From a virus, in IMG/VR virus record IMGVR_UViG_3300032373_000002, positions 51,449-115,448 of that record: 64,000 bases of DNA; one strand, written 5' to 3'. Each line of letters opens with the position of its first letter. Positions within the stretch are counted from its first letter, which is position 1. Below, one piece after another: positions 26,988 through 36,485 of the stretch. The position numbers and the translations under genes were made by a program. Under the pieces are notes generated by a model that made no database searches, was not told where the DNA came from, and was given only the letters and a program-made list of their open reading frames with translations.

Positions 26988-27560
26988 GTGAACATCACGA
27001 TCGTGGGCGCAGGAGCGCTCGGTTCTCATGTAGTGCTGATGCTGCGGAACCGACCGGAGAAGCTGACCGTCATCGACTTCGACCGGGTGGAGCAGAAGAA
27101 CCTCCTCGGTCAGATGCACACGAAGATGGGGCTGCGGAGGAACAAGGCCCAGGCCCTCCAGCAGATGATGCAGGGGATGTTCGGGGTGCGGGTCGGAGTC
27201 AAGTCCGTCGAGCTTCGCAAGGACAACAGCGAAGCCCTCCTCCAGGACTCAGGGTTGGTCCTGGACTGCACCGACAACATCAAGGCGAGGCAAGAGCTCC
27301 AGCTTCACTGCCTGGGCTACGGCACCCCGCTGTTGCACGGAGCCCTGGCTGCAGACGGCACCTTCGGGCGGGTGGTGTGGACCGAGCACTTCCGCCCCGA
27401 CCCCGAGACCCAGGGTGCTGCGACCTGCGAGGGTGGGGCCAACCTCCACTTCCATGTCATGGTAGCCGCGCACCTCGTGAGGGCAACCGTAGACTGGCTG
27501 GAAACGGGGAAGCAAGCGTCTTACAACATCCTCCCCGCAGGGGTGGTTCGAATCGCATAG
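26988..27560 (+). CDS. ThiF/MoeB/E1-like adenylyltransferase
   Basis: IVGAGALGS, DFDRVEQKNL, NKA, LDCTDN motifs. Confidence 0.92.
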   Translation: MNITIVGAGALGSHVVLMLRNRPEKLTVIDFDRVEQKNLLGQMHTKMGLRRNKAQALQQMMQGMFGVRVGVKSVELRKDNSEALLQDSGLVLDCTDNIKARQELQLHCLGYGTPLLHGALAADGTFGRVVWTEHFRPDPETQGAATCEGGANLHFHVMVAAHLVRATVDWLETGKQASYNILPAGVVRIA

Positions 27561-27610
27561 GTCCGAGCTTGGACGGCACCGTAACCTCCTGACATAACTG
27601 GGAGCCCCCA

Positions 27611-27892
27611 ATGAAATTGATGCGCAGCGATATCATCTCCGCCATGAAACACCACATCCAAGAGCTTCGGGGGACCGAATCGGTTGCCTGGTCGGCAGTC
27701 GCTGTAGCGACAACCGCCTTTGTCGTCGAGGTCTTCCAGGGAGGCCCGACCCTGGCCGGGGGTGGCGTCGCGTTCATGGTCTTGATGGTCGCGGTATTCT
27801 TGAGGAAGGACTTGAACTCCCTGAACCAAGACCGCAAGAACATCACCCGCAAGCTGGACGAGAGCCTGGGTGAGCCAGACCCCGGAGAGTGA
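27611..27892 (+). CDS. 2-TM membrane protein
   Basis: Hydrophobic hairpin. Confidence 0.7.
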   Translation: MKLMRSDIISAMKHHIQELRGTESVAWSAVAVATTAFVVEVFQGGPTLAGGGVAFMVLMVAVFLRKDLNSLNQDRKNITRKLDESLGEPDPGE

Positions 27893-27893
27893 C

Positions 27894-28235
27894 ATGGACA
27901 CAGAAGACGCGCGGGCGATCCTGAGTGAGCACCTCCGGCTGGCCCAGCTTGCTCGGTGCTCACTCCGAGATGCCGTTCTGGTCAACTTGACCAGAACCCT
28001 CAAGATCCAGTTCTGGTTGGCGGTTCCTCCCCTCCTGGCCATCGTGGCCGGGGTCGCAGCCCTCCTCAGCGGGGACCTCCAATTTCTATGGCTCGCAGTG
28101 CTGGCAGCCTCCGGGACCTTGTGGGTCGGAACCGCCACCACCAAAAGTCTGGGCAAAATCACAGCCGCCTGCGACCTGGATGTCCAGTGCCACAAGGGGG
28201 AGATCGACTCCCTCCGCCGGAAGATGGGGTCGTGA
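27894..28235 (+). CDS. 2-TM membrane protein
   Basis: Hydrophobic hairpin. Confidence 0.7.
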   Translation: MDTEDARAILSEHLRLAQLARCSLRDAVLVNLTRTLKIQFWLAVPPLLAIVAGVAALLSGDLQFLWLAVLAASGTLWVGTATTKSLGKITAACDLDVQCHKGEIDSLRRKMGS

Positions 28236-28441
28236 TCCGCCCAAACACTGCCCGAAGCCTGAACATCCTGGCGGGGATCTGGTCGGTGACCCTGGGTATC
28301 AGCGGGATGAGCTTGGCCACCAGCTTCGTGCTCGACTTGGGGGACGGTGCCCTCTGGTGTCCGGTCCTATTCGGGTTGACGTTCCTCTGCGCCGTTGCCG
28401 GGGGTTGGGAAACGCGACGACTTCAGAAGAGGCTCTCGTGA
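28232..28441 (+). CDS. 2-TM membrane protein
   Basis: GTGA coupling. Confidence 0.6.
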   Translation: MIRPNTARSLNILAGIWSVTLGISGMSLATSFVLDLGDGALWCPVLFGLTFLCAVAGGWETRRLQKRLS

Positions 28442-28462
28442 GATGAGTCGGGGGAGAACCTT

Positions 28463-28738
28463 GTGGAATGGTCTGACTTCTGGCATGCAATGAAGGTGAG
28501 CGCCATGGTCGCAGCAGCATCGGCCCCGTTTTGCTGGGGCATGATGGTCTGGGCCTTCCGTGGCATGGGGCGGGAGAAGCAACGGCTGGGATGTCCGGAT
28601 GGGGTCGGGCGGGTGGAGTGGGCGCACTACCTGGAAGTCCGAGGCAAGCTGAAGCAGCTCCCCTACGAAGAGAGCTACGAGGCGGAGAAGGCTGTCCAGC
28701 GTCACTTCAGGAGGAAGGCCCAGTGCCCGAAGAGGTAG
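28463..28738 (+). CDS. membrane-anchored hypothetical protein
   Basis: GGAG RBS. Confidence 0.6.
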   Translation: MEWSDFWHAMKVSAMVAAASAPFCWGMMVWAFRGMGREKQRLGCPDGVGRVEWAHYLEVRGKLKQLPYEESYEAEKAVQRHFRRKAQCPKR

Positions 28739-28965
28739 ACCTCGAACGCATCTATGACCTCTTGGAGCAGGACTACGCCGCCTTCGAACAGGGGGTAGAG
28801 CTGACTCTCTCTTTAGGCGTCGAGCTTGAGGCGGACTGGGCTGCCTACATCCAGCGGCGTCAAAGAATCCAGGCACAGCCTGGGGGATACCTGGCCATCC
28901 ACTTTTCCCCCAGGCAGCGGAAAAGGTTCCAGCGAGGGAAGGCCCTGCTTAACCTAAAGGGTTGA
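28723..28965 (+). CDS. hypothetical protein
   Basis: AGGAGG RBS. Confidence 0.6.
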   Translation: MPEEVDLERIYDLLEQDYAAFEQGVELTLSLGVELEADWAAYIQRRQRIQAQPGGYLAIHFSPRQRKRFQRGKALLNLKG

Positions 28966-28966
28966 C

Positions 28967-29641
28967 ATGTTCCCCTACTTCGGATCTAAACGGAGGGCGG
29001 CATACCGATACCCGGAGCCCGAGTACTCCACAGTGATCGAACCTTTTGCCGGCTCGGCATCCTATTCTCTCCACCACAGGCCGGAAAAGGTCATTGCTGT
29101 AGAGTACGACCGGCGGGTGTTCGAGCTCTGGCAGCGGCTCTTAGAACTCAGGGAGACTCCGCCGCCGCCAGAAATCGGAACACGCACCGAAGACCTGTTT
29201 CACATGCTGTTGACCTACAGCGAGCATGCGCTCACCAGCAAGTACATGACGGTCACCTCACGAATGGTCCGGGATTGGAATGCCATTCACCGGAGGATCC
29301 TGGAAGAGTCCCGCTACGTTCGAGGGGCGTTCACATTCCTGCAAGGCAGCTACGAGGACGCCCCAGACATCGAAGCTACCTGGTTCATCGACCCACCCTA
29401 CCAATACGCCAACAAGAGGGGCTATCTACACGGGGCCTCCAGCATAAACTTCGACCGCCTTCGGGAGTTCTGCCTGAGCCGGAAAGGTCAAGTCATCGTG
29501 GCCGAGCAGGAAGGGGCTGACTGGCTGGACTTCAAGCCGTTGTTCTCCCAACCCTCGCACAGGGGCAGCCGCAGTACCGAAGTAGTCTACATCAAAGAGC
29601 GGCCTATACAGGATGTCTTCGGAGTTTTGTTTGAGGGGTAG
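28967..29641 (+). CDS. Dam/D12-class DNA adenine methyltransferase-like
   Basis: PYFGSK, EPFAGS, FIDPPY. Confidence 0.85.
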   Translation: MFPYFGSKRRAAYRYPEPEYSTVIEPFAGSASYSLHHRPEKVIAVEYDRRVFELWQRLLELRETPPPPEIGTRTEDLFHMLLTYSEHALTSKYMTVTSRMVRDWNAIHRRILEESRYVRGAFTFLQGSYEDAPDIEATWFIDPPYQYANKRGYLHGASSINFDRLREFCLSRKGQVIVAEQEGADWLDFKPLFSQPSHRGSRSTEVVYIKERPIQDVFGVLFEG

Positions 29642-29667
29642 ACTGGCCTCAGTTGAGGTGCAGACCC

Positions 29668-30045
29668 TTGAGCAACCGTATCCGCCTACACAGACTGGAC
29701 GAGACACCCATCGGGTGGTGTCGTCCCGAAGCCGTAGAAGCCTTGGAGTCTTCCGGCTCCGTTGCTTGGGCGAACGGCAAGCTGTACTTGACCCTCCCTG
29801 GAGTGGACATATCAACCCCCGCCCCCTTCGAGGTGGGGGAAGCTGTTTGGGTTATCCTGGGAGGCAAAGAGCTCCCAGGATGGATCCGGGCAGTCATCTT
29901 CGCGGCCGGCAATGTGCGGTATTCCGTCCGGGTGCCCGTGGGCGCGGGAGACCTCAACCTGACCACCCTACACCGCATCGAAGGTCAGCTCTTGGAACCC
30001 CGAGAAGCGCCGTCGATGCGGTTCGACTACGACCCATACTCGTGA
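29668..30045 (+). CDS. hypothetical protein (SH3-like C-terminus)
   Basis: GAGGT RBS; FEVGEAVW. Confidence 0.65.
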   Translation: MSNRIRLHRLDETPIGWCRPEAVEALESSGSVAWANGKLYLTLPGVDISTPAPFEVGEAVWVILGGKELPGWIRAVIFAAGNVRYSVRVPVGAGDLNLTTLHRIEGQLLEPREAPSMRFDYDPYS

Positions 30046-30053
30046 GGAATAAG

Positions 30054-30368
30054 ATGAGCGAAGAAGCTGGCGGGATCCTGACGTTCGAGCAGTTCATGGC
30101 GGTTAATCCCCGACAAGACCTGGAGTGGAAGAACCCCCAGGAGAGCTGGCGAGGCTACACGCTCTTCCGGACGGGCTTCGAGGCGGTGGAGATGGAAATG
30201 GGAGATGTCATCGCCCTGGCCGTCAAGCGGGGAGCCGGCCAGGACTACCCCGACACCCACTACGTGTTCAGTGCAGCCTCCCAGACCCTCCACAGGATCC
30301 CCTTCGACCCCGACCGGGACCTGGTCTCCTGGGTGCCCCTTGAGGGTGCCCCCGGAGCATCGTTCTAA
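30054..30368 (+). CDS. hypothetical protein
   Basis: GAGG RBS. Confidence 0.7.
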   Translation: MSEEAGGILTFEQFMAVNPRQDLEWKNPQESWRGYTLFRTGFEAVEMEMGDVIALAVKRGAGQDYPDTHYVFSAASQTLHRIPFDPDRDLVSWVPLEGAPGASF

Positions 30369-30371
30369 CCG

Positions 30372-30920
30372 ATGTCCGTAGGAACACTGCTCTTCTTCGG
30401 GTTGCTGGCCCACTTCTGGGGCGACTACTGCCTCCAAAACCACTGGATGGCCAACAACAAGACCAAACCGGGACGCACAGGCTTCGTCGCCTGTACGCTG
30501 CATGCCCTCTTCTACACGGGGCCCTTCCTGATCGTTGGCTTGATTGCCGGGGTGAGCCTGACCTACCTGTTGGGAGGCTTGGCCGCCATCGGAGGCACCC
30601 ACTGGCTGATCGACCGGAGTCGGCTGGCTGCCTCGTGGTGCGACTTCTGGGGCGTCGGGGCCTTCGGGTCCCTACCCGGCACAATCGCCCGACTCCAAGG
30701 GTGGGAACACAACCCCAGCACCGGCAAGTGGTCCCGAGAGGTAGTGGTGGCGGAGCACCCCGTCTACGGAATCTCCGCGTCAGAGGCCCGGCACTTCGAA
30801 GTGCCTGATGCCCCTCCCTGGCTCAAGACCTGGTTGGTGATCATCGTGGACAACACCTGGCACCTCACCATAAACTCCACCGTAATCTTGATCTGGATGG
30901 CCCCGCTCACCAACATGTAG
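30372..30920 (+). CDS. DUF3307-like membrane protein
   Basis: AHFWGDYCLQ, THWLID, DNTWH motifs. Confidence 0.8.
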   Translation: MSVGTLLFFGLLAHFWGDYCLQNHWMANNKTKPGRTGFVACTLHALFYTGPFLIVGLIAGVSLTYLLGGLAAIGGTHWLIDRSRLAASWCDFWGVGAFGSLPGTIARLQGWEHNPSTGKWSREVVVAEHPVYGISASEARHFEVPDAPPWLKTWLVIIVDNTWHLTINSTVILIWMAPLTNM

Positions 30921-30936
30921 GGGCTGGGAGGCTGAG

Positions 30937-31218
30937 ATGAGCGTGAGGGGATGGGGGTGCTACCTCCTCGGAGGCGAGGCGAGAGTGGCCGCTCTGGCGG
31001 CGGAGAGGGTTCTGAAAGCGTACTCCGAGCGGGGGGTCCAGGGGGTGGCTGAGATGTACCAGTCACCCCCTTCCGCGGACCGCATCTTCGAAGATGCGGT
31101 CCGCGAGGCGCTCAAGGTCCAAGTGAGTCAGCTGGTCAACGGATTACACCACAACACCAAGAAGTTGATCGTCCGGCTGGCCGAAATCCGGTGCAAGCAA
31201 GAATTGGGCCTCCCGTAA
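30937..31218 (+). CDS. hypothetical protein
   Basis: GGAGG RBS. Confidence 0.65.
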   Translation: MSVRGWGCYLLGGEARVAALAAERVLKAYSERGVQGVAEMYQSPPSADRIFEDAVREALKVQVSQLVNGLHHNTKKLIVRLAEIRCKQELGLP

Positions 31219-31250
31219 GACCTACCGCCCCCAAGGCGGGAGAGTTTGCG

Positions 31251-31655
31251 GTGAAAGAGAACAAGATGCCCCGAGTGATGCGGCTCATCTTCTGGGTGAG
31301 TTACTGCTGGAGCGGGATCACGGGTGGTCGGCCCACGATGATCAACAACCTGGGGCAGGGCATCGCGCAGATGCTCCTCGACCAGACCCAGGAGGACGGG
31401 AACGAACTCCAGAAGGTCTTCGCCCAGGACATGCGGGAAGGCTGGGTCCCCTCCGAAGGGAACATCCAAGCGACAGTGGGCCGCCTGGTCGAGAGCATCC
31501 TTGCCGAGATGCCCTTCCTCAAGGCCGAGGAGCGCAAGGCGATCGGCACCCAGGTCTCGGAGAAGCTGGTCCCCGTCTACCTGGAGAAGGCCATCGTCGC
31601 CTACAACCAGGAGCTGGGGCGAGGGGTCAGCCAGCTCCTGGGAGCGGGGGAATGA
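31251..31655 (+). CDS. hypothetical protein
   Basis: ORF coupled to next gene. Confidence 0.7.
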   Translation: MKENKMPRVMRLIFWVSYCWSGITGGRPTMINNLGQGIAQMLLDQTQEDGNELQKVFAQDMREGWVPSEGNIQATVGRLVESILAEMPFLKAEERKAIGTQVSEKLVPVYLEKAIVAYNQELGRGVSQLLGAGE

Positions 31656-32077
31656 AACCGCTCATCCTCTCTCTCAAGGTGTTCTTCGCGGTCGTGCTCG
31701 GCAAACGGTCCCAGTACATCGCCTTGATCTCCGACGACATCTCCGAAGACGAGATCAACCTGCTCCAGGATGGGCGCGAGGATACCCTCATCGAAGAGTT
31801 CATGCGCGCCAACCGCGGGCGAGGGGCTTTCGAAAATCCAGCCGTCGATGCGATGTTGGTCGAAGAGCGGCAGTACGATGACATCCGAGGGCGCGTCCTC
31901 CAGCGCCTCCAGAAGAAGTCCTGGCTCAAAGAGGACGCCCGGAAGATCATCATCAACAAGGCCAGCGCGAAGATCCTCGCCCACCTCCGCTTTCGAAGGA
32001 CTGTGGGAAAGATGGTCGGCGCGCACAACCAGCGGGTACAGCACAAGAGCAAGGTCCCGCCCAGCACCGCTGAGTGA
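31652..32077 (+). CDS. hypothetical protein
   Basis: ATGA coupling. Confidence 0.75.
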   Translation: MKPLILSLKVFFAVVLGKRSQYIALISDDISEDEINLLQDGREDTLIEEFMRANRGRGAFENPAVDAMLVEERQYDDIRGRVLQRLQKKSWLKEDARKIIINKASAKILAHLRFRRTVGKMVGAHNQRVQHKSKVPPSTAE

Positions 32078-32190
32078 GTTCGGCCCCTTCGGGGGCTCCC
32101 AGAGCCTCGTACTCTGAGTCCACCTTACACCCAACCCGCCCTCACACCCTCAGAAGAAAGGGTACAGGGACCAGTTGAGAGGACTCAACG

Positions 32191-33144
32191 ATGAGTAAGC
32201 AAGCAGTGCTGATGGTCACCCAGCTGGGTGACCAGGAAATCCAGGTCGGTCGGTGTTCCCACGCACAAGCGCGACTGATGGCGAAGAAGAACCACGGCCG
32301 CATCAAGAACGGCAAGCTCTACATCCAACTGAGACCCGTTCATGTGGATGCAGCCCAAAACAGCATCCACACCCTCCAGAAGACCCACGACCCTCAAGTC
32401 TCCCGTGCGGAGCTCGATCGCCGTCTGGAGTGGCTCAAAGGCTTGGTCTCCGGGGTCACCAAGTGCCAGCTCGCGCAGCTGGAGAGCGAGAAGTCCCCTC
32501 GCGTCCGCTGGAGCCAACCGTCGAGGAAGTCTTGGCCATCGCTCACTACGCCAGAGCAAGAGGAATGGGCAGCAGAGGTCCGAGATGCCTTGAAAAGCTG
32601 GGAAGAACACCCAAACCTCACCCCGGCTTCCCCGGAGCCCTTCACCGTCGAGGGGGAAGAAGTGTTCCGGCAGACCCCAGGCGAATACGACACCCAAGAA
32701 CTCCAGCAAATGTGGGAAAATTGCGGGGGTGTGGACCAGAAAACCGTCGAGCATGCCTATAGGGCGTACGGAACCTCCTATGCCCCCACCCCTCAAGGGG
32801 GCCTGACCCCAAAGGTCGAAGCCGCCCTGGTGGAGGACCGTCCTGAAGAAAGCGAAGAGGAGGTTATCAAACACCACCACCGGCTCCGGGACCAACGAAG
32901 AGCTGAGATGGAACAAGGATACAGCAACCTCTCCGTCCAAAACGACATCACCTTGACGCTCGGCGGAGAGATGACCTCCGAAGCCTTGAGGGAGAAGTGG
33001 GGGGCGGAAGTGTTAGCCGACGCCGGTTGGAAAGAGCAAGACGGCTGGTGCTACTGGGGGCGTCACGCCTTGGACCTCTCCGAGGCCCATGAGGAGCCCA
33101 ACGAGTACCGGGTCGTGTGGACCCGTGGCCAGCCGGTCGATTAG
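32191..33144 (+). CDS. hypothetical protein, weak RRXRR/PLMP-like N-terminus
   Basis: CSHAQARLM...YIQL. Confidence 0.7.
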   Translation: MSKQAVLMVTQLGDQEIQVGRCSHAQARLMAKKNHGRIKNGKLYIQLRPVHVDAAQNSIHTLQKTHDPQVSRAELDRRLEWLKGLVSGVTKCQLAQLESEKSPRVRWSQPSRKSWPSLTTPEQEEWAAEVRDALKSWEEHPNLTPASPEPFTVEGEEVFRQTPGEYDTQELQQMWENCGGVDQKTVEHAYRAYGTSYAPTPQGGLTPKVEAALVEDRPEESEEEVIKHHHRLRDQRRAEMEQGYSNLSVQNDITLTLGGEMTSEALREKWGAEVLADAGWKEQDGWCYWGRHALDLSEAHEEPNEYRVVWTRGQPVD

Positions 33145-33206
33145 AGTCCGGCCCCGGTAACTGCCAAGAGGTTAGGGGGAGGCGTCCTCCGCTCTTGGAG
33201 TTCTTC

Positions 33207-33578
33207 GTGAAGAAAGCCGTCATCATCCCCTCCTTGGAGGGGATTCTGCTCAAGGTAGAAGGGGACGACACCTCGACGCCCCGGTTCATCAATGCGCTGG
33301 TTCCAGTGGAACAAACAGAAGAGGGACTGCCAGCCCCGCTCCAACTGTACCGCTATGTGGAGCTGGGTCAGCTACCGGAGATCGTCCGGCTGATGATCGA
33401 CGACCCCAAAGTGGGGGAAGCCGTGCGGATGGCGACCCGCTTTGAGGACAACCTCATCCCCCGCATGGTCGAGATGGGTGTGACAGCTTACCAACGGCAG
33501 GTCATCCTGGAGTGGATGTACCCGGCCAAGAGATTCCCCCAGCAGTGGAAGCACGGGGACAGCAAGGTAGACCTCTGA
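33207..33578 (+). CDS. hypothetical protein
   Basis: GGAG RBS. Confidence 0.65.
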   Translation: MKKAVIIPSLEGILLKVEGDDTSTPRFINALVPVEQTEEGLPAPLQLYRYVELGQLPEIVRLMIDDPKVGEAVRMATRFEDNLIPRMVEMGVTAYQRQVILEWMYPAKRFPQQWKHGDSKVDL

Positions 33579-33638
33579 TTCTCGAAAGCAAGCCAAAGAG
33601 CTGAAGGCCACCGTAACACCGGAGACAGAGGGGACCTC

Positions 33639-33860
33639 ATGAGGCAGAACAAAGCGTACACCGTCAACGGGGAAATCATCCTCGAAGGGCGGGCCTACCT
33701 GGACGGTGACGGAGAGACCATCTGCTGGGAATGTGCTGCCCACAGCGCCACGGCCGAAGACGAGCCCGACAACTTCCTCCCGGTGGCTGAGGTGTGGAAC
33801 CTGACGCCGGGAGAGACTTGCTCAGGGTGTTCAGCACCGCTGAGTGAGGAACAGGAATGA
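33639..33860 (+). CDS. small Zn-finger protein
   Basis: CWEC...CSGC. Confidence 0.7.
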   Translation: MRQNKAYTVNGEIILEGRAYLDGDGETICWECAAHSATAEDEPDNFLPVAEVWNLTPGETCSGCSAPLSEEQE

Positions 33861-34375
33861 CGGCCACAGCCCGAGAGAGGGAACGGTTGGGGGAGATGCT
33901 CCGGAGCGGCGGAGAGCATCGGGCGCAAGCCTTGGAGCTGATCTCCACTCTCAAAGAGGAGGCGGAGGTCTTCCTCAAGGCGCAGTTCGAGCGCCCCCTC
34001 GAAGTTCCCTTCACCGTTTCTACGCGCTCCACCCACTATCCCCGTACCTCCGACATCCGAGGGTGCTGGTGCAAGGAGTGCGCCGAGGCGTTCTGCGTTG
34101 AGGTGCGCAACCCTGCCCGAGAGTGGGCCGTGCAATGCGTCCACGGGGCGATAGACGGCAACTCTGGTAACATCTTCCAGCGCTGCCAGAGGTGCTTCAC
34201 GTGGCTCGACATTCCCCGGATACCGTACTACATCGGGGAATACCGCCTCAGCCTGAAAGCGCTGGGCCAGGTCAGCCCTCAAGAAATCTGGCTGGCTGGT
34301 CGCGCTGGAGCAGAATCCAGCGGCATCGCCTGGCTGGCGGTAGTTGCTGACTGGAAGAAGGCCAAGAAGCTATAG
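33857..34375 (+). CDS. QAxEL-leader + Zn-finger protein
   Basis: CKEC...CQRCF; paralogue of 34936. Confidence 0.7.
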   Translation: MTATARERERLGEMLRSGGEHRAQALELISTLKEEAEVFLKAQFERPLEVPFTVSTRSTHYPRTSDIRGCWCKECAEAFCVEVRNPAREWAVQCVHGAIDGNSGNIFQRCQRCFTWLDIPRIPYYIGEYRLSLKALGQVSPQEIWLAGRAGAESSGIAWLAVVADWKKAKKL

Positions 34376-34455
34376 ATAAAAAAGCGTTTGCGCGGAAGGC
34401 TGAGGGTGCTACCCTTTGGGCGCACCCCGGCAAAACAACTACACGAAAGGTTCCT

Positions 34456-34818
34456 ATGATCTCTCTCATCCTGATGCTCGCTACCTCACCAGCCCTCGCA
34501 GACGGCTACCAGTTCGACGGCTACCCGCTGCACGACTACGGCTACAACCACGGCATGACCGGCTATGTGGTGTACGACGCGGCGGGGGAATTCGTGTCCA
34601 ACTTGATCGGATGCGTTCAGGCTGGCCCCGTCATCACAGCCAGCATCGCCCACCTGAACGGCCACGAAGCGACCTGCTCCGGCGGGGTCGACATTGACCT
34701 CTACAACCCGCCCGGCTGCGATGGGGTTATCTGGGTCACCTGCCAGGGCTCCCAACTCCTGATCGACGGAGTGGCGGCAGAGGTCGGGGACACCATCGCG
34801 GCATCCGCCACTCCGTGA
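34456..34818 (+). CDS. secreted protein
   Basis: Signal peptide ending PALA. Confidence 0.75.
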   Translation: MISLILMLATSPALADGYQFDGYPLHDYGYNHGMTGYVVYDAAGEFVSNLIGCVQAGPVITASIAHLNGHEATCSGGVDIDLYNPPGCDGVIWVTCQGSQLLIDGVAAEVGDTIAASATP

Positions 34819-34845
34819 GGGAGTCCCCGAAGAGGGATTGACTAT

Positions 34846-34878
34846 TGAGGGCCGGATCTCATGAGATCCGGCCCTCAA
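34846..34878. terminator. palindrome/hairpin
   Basis: TTGAGGGCCGGATCTCATGAGATCCGGCCCTCAA. Confidence 0.6.
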
Positions 34879-34935
34879 TTTATGGAGAGCTGGACCCCAA
34901 AGTAACCAGCGGGGAAACCGACCCGAGGGTACGCA

Positions 34936-35457
34936 ATGAATGAGGATGAGGTAGCGGAAGACCGATGGCAAAATCTCTTCTGCCTGTCTTTGTCCCAGGC
35001 AGAAGAGATTTTGGAAGCGTTGGAGGGACCGATCGCGCGGAGGATCGAGAGCATGAGCAAGGCCCCCCGACTGGACCCCTGGCGCGTCGACGCAGTAGGG
35101 GGCGACTACGAGCCCCCCTACTGCGAACCTTGCGCGAAGGAAACCGCCCGGACGGCCCGGAGAAGGTACTCCGTGCCCGCAGAAGCCAGAGAAGGACTTC
35201 GGCAAGGGGCAGGAGTCCTTCGCAACTCCTGCCAGCGCTGCTTCGCGTGGCTGAATCTCAATCCCCGATGGGACAGGCAACTCTTCAAGGTGACCTCATG
35301 TCTGGAGGACTGGCCCCTGCGTCGAGTACACCCATATGTCATCCTGGGGTTCCTGGGGTTCCTGGGGGGGCGTCGAGTATCCGCCCCCCGGCAGCGGTGT
35401 AAGGCGATCGACCTGGCGGAGCGATACCTGCGGGTCAAGGGGGTCACCCTGGAGTAA
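34936..35457 (+). CDS. Zn-finger protein paralogous to 33857
   Basis: CEPC...CQRCFAWL. Confidence 0.7.
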   Translation: MNEDEVAEDRWQNLFCLSLSQAEEILEALEGPIARRIESMSKAPRLDPWRVDAVGGDYEPPYCEPCAKETARTARRRYSVPAEAREGLRQGAGVLRNSCQRCFAWLNLNPRWDRQLFKVTSCLEDWPLRRVHPYVILGFLGFLGGRRVSAPRQRCKAIDLAERYLRVKGVTLE

Positions 35458-35491
35458 GGGTCCCCTGTTTTCTTTATAAGCCAACCCAGTC

Positions 35492-36457
35492 ATGAATCTC
35501 CGTCGCATCTTGGCTCAAGAGGGCCTCCTTCGAATCCGGACAGCCTCCACCAAGAGGAGGTTCTTCCACGGCACATCCTCCAATTTCTTACCGAACATCC
35601 AGAGCAAAGGGCTCTTGGGAACACCGCCGCAGCGGGTCTGGGAAGACAACCTCACTGCAATCCCGGGCCACGTGTACCTGACCACGAGCCTACGCACTGC
35701 CAAGGACTACGCCATGAGCGCGTCCGGGAAGTTCGGGGGCGAGCCTCTCTTCTTGGTGGTGGAGCTGGACCGGGATGACCCCCGCATCTCAGCAGAAGAG
35801 GACCTGATCCCCAAGGTGCATGGACTGATCATCGATCAGAACGTACACGGGCTGGCCAAAGGCGAGTTCAGCCCCCTGTGGATCCTCCACGAGTACTTCG
35901 ATCAAGGCCGGATGCCCTACAAAGGCATGAGCCCTCGGGACGAACTGCGATACCTCAATGCACTCTTCGGGGCGAGGACCCTCCGCCACTACATCGACCA
36001 AGAAAAAGGGGCCTTCCGGAACATGAAGGACCCCCGCCCACACTGGTCCGACAACATGGATGACGAGCAGATTGCGAAGATGCTCCCCAACCTACGGAAG
36101 AAAGGGGGGGAGGACTTCTACGATGCGTTAGGGGCGGTGGCCATGAGCGGGTTCGTTGACCCTGAGCGCATCCTGGACTTTCTCTCCAGCGGGATCGTCA
36201 CGCAGCTCATGGATGCCCCCTCAGAGAGCGGGGGCAACAGGTCCAAGACCTGGATGCGCCAGAAAGCTCAGTGGGAGAAGCAATGGCCGGAGTGGTTCGG
36301 CCCCGAGGCAGGGCTGGTCACCAAGGAGCGCCCCACTGTCATGGTAGAGGCTCGCTCCCTTCGACCGCAAGAGATGTGGGAAGTGCCTGCGGAAAACCTC
36401 CCCCGCATCCGCAGGTACGAAGACCTCTGGGGGTGGGGGACTGAGGTAAGCCGGTAA
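35492..36457 (+). CDS. ADP-ribosyltransferase-fold protein with shared leader
   Basis: FFHGTS...IQSKGL...VYLT...AKDYA. Confidence 0.7.
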   Translation: MNLRRILAQEGLLRIRTASTKRRFFHGTSSNFLPNIQSKGLLGTPPQRVWEDNLTAIPGHVYLTTSLRTAKDYAMSASGKFGGEPLFLVVELDRDDPRISAEEDLIPKVHGLIIDQNVHGLAKGEFSPLWILHEYFDQGRMPYKGMSPRDELRYLNALFGARTLRHYIDQEKGAFRNMKDPRPHWSDNMDDEQIAKMLPNLRKKGGEDFYDALGAVAMSGFVDPERILDFLSSGIVTQLMDAPSESGGNRSKTWMRQKAQWEKQWPEWFGPEAGLVTKERPTVMVEARSLRPQEMWEVPAENLPRIRRYEDLWGWGTEVSR

Positions 36458-36485
36458 CTCCTACGCACCCCATGTAGGAGAGCGC

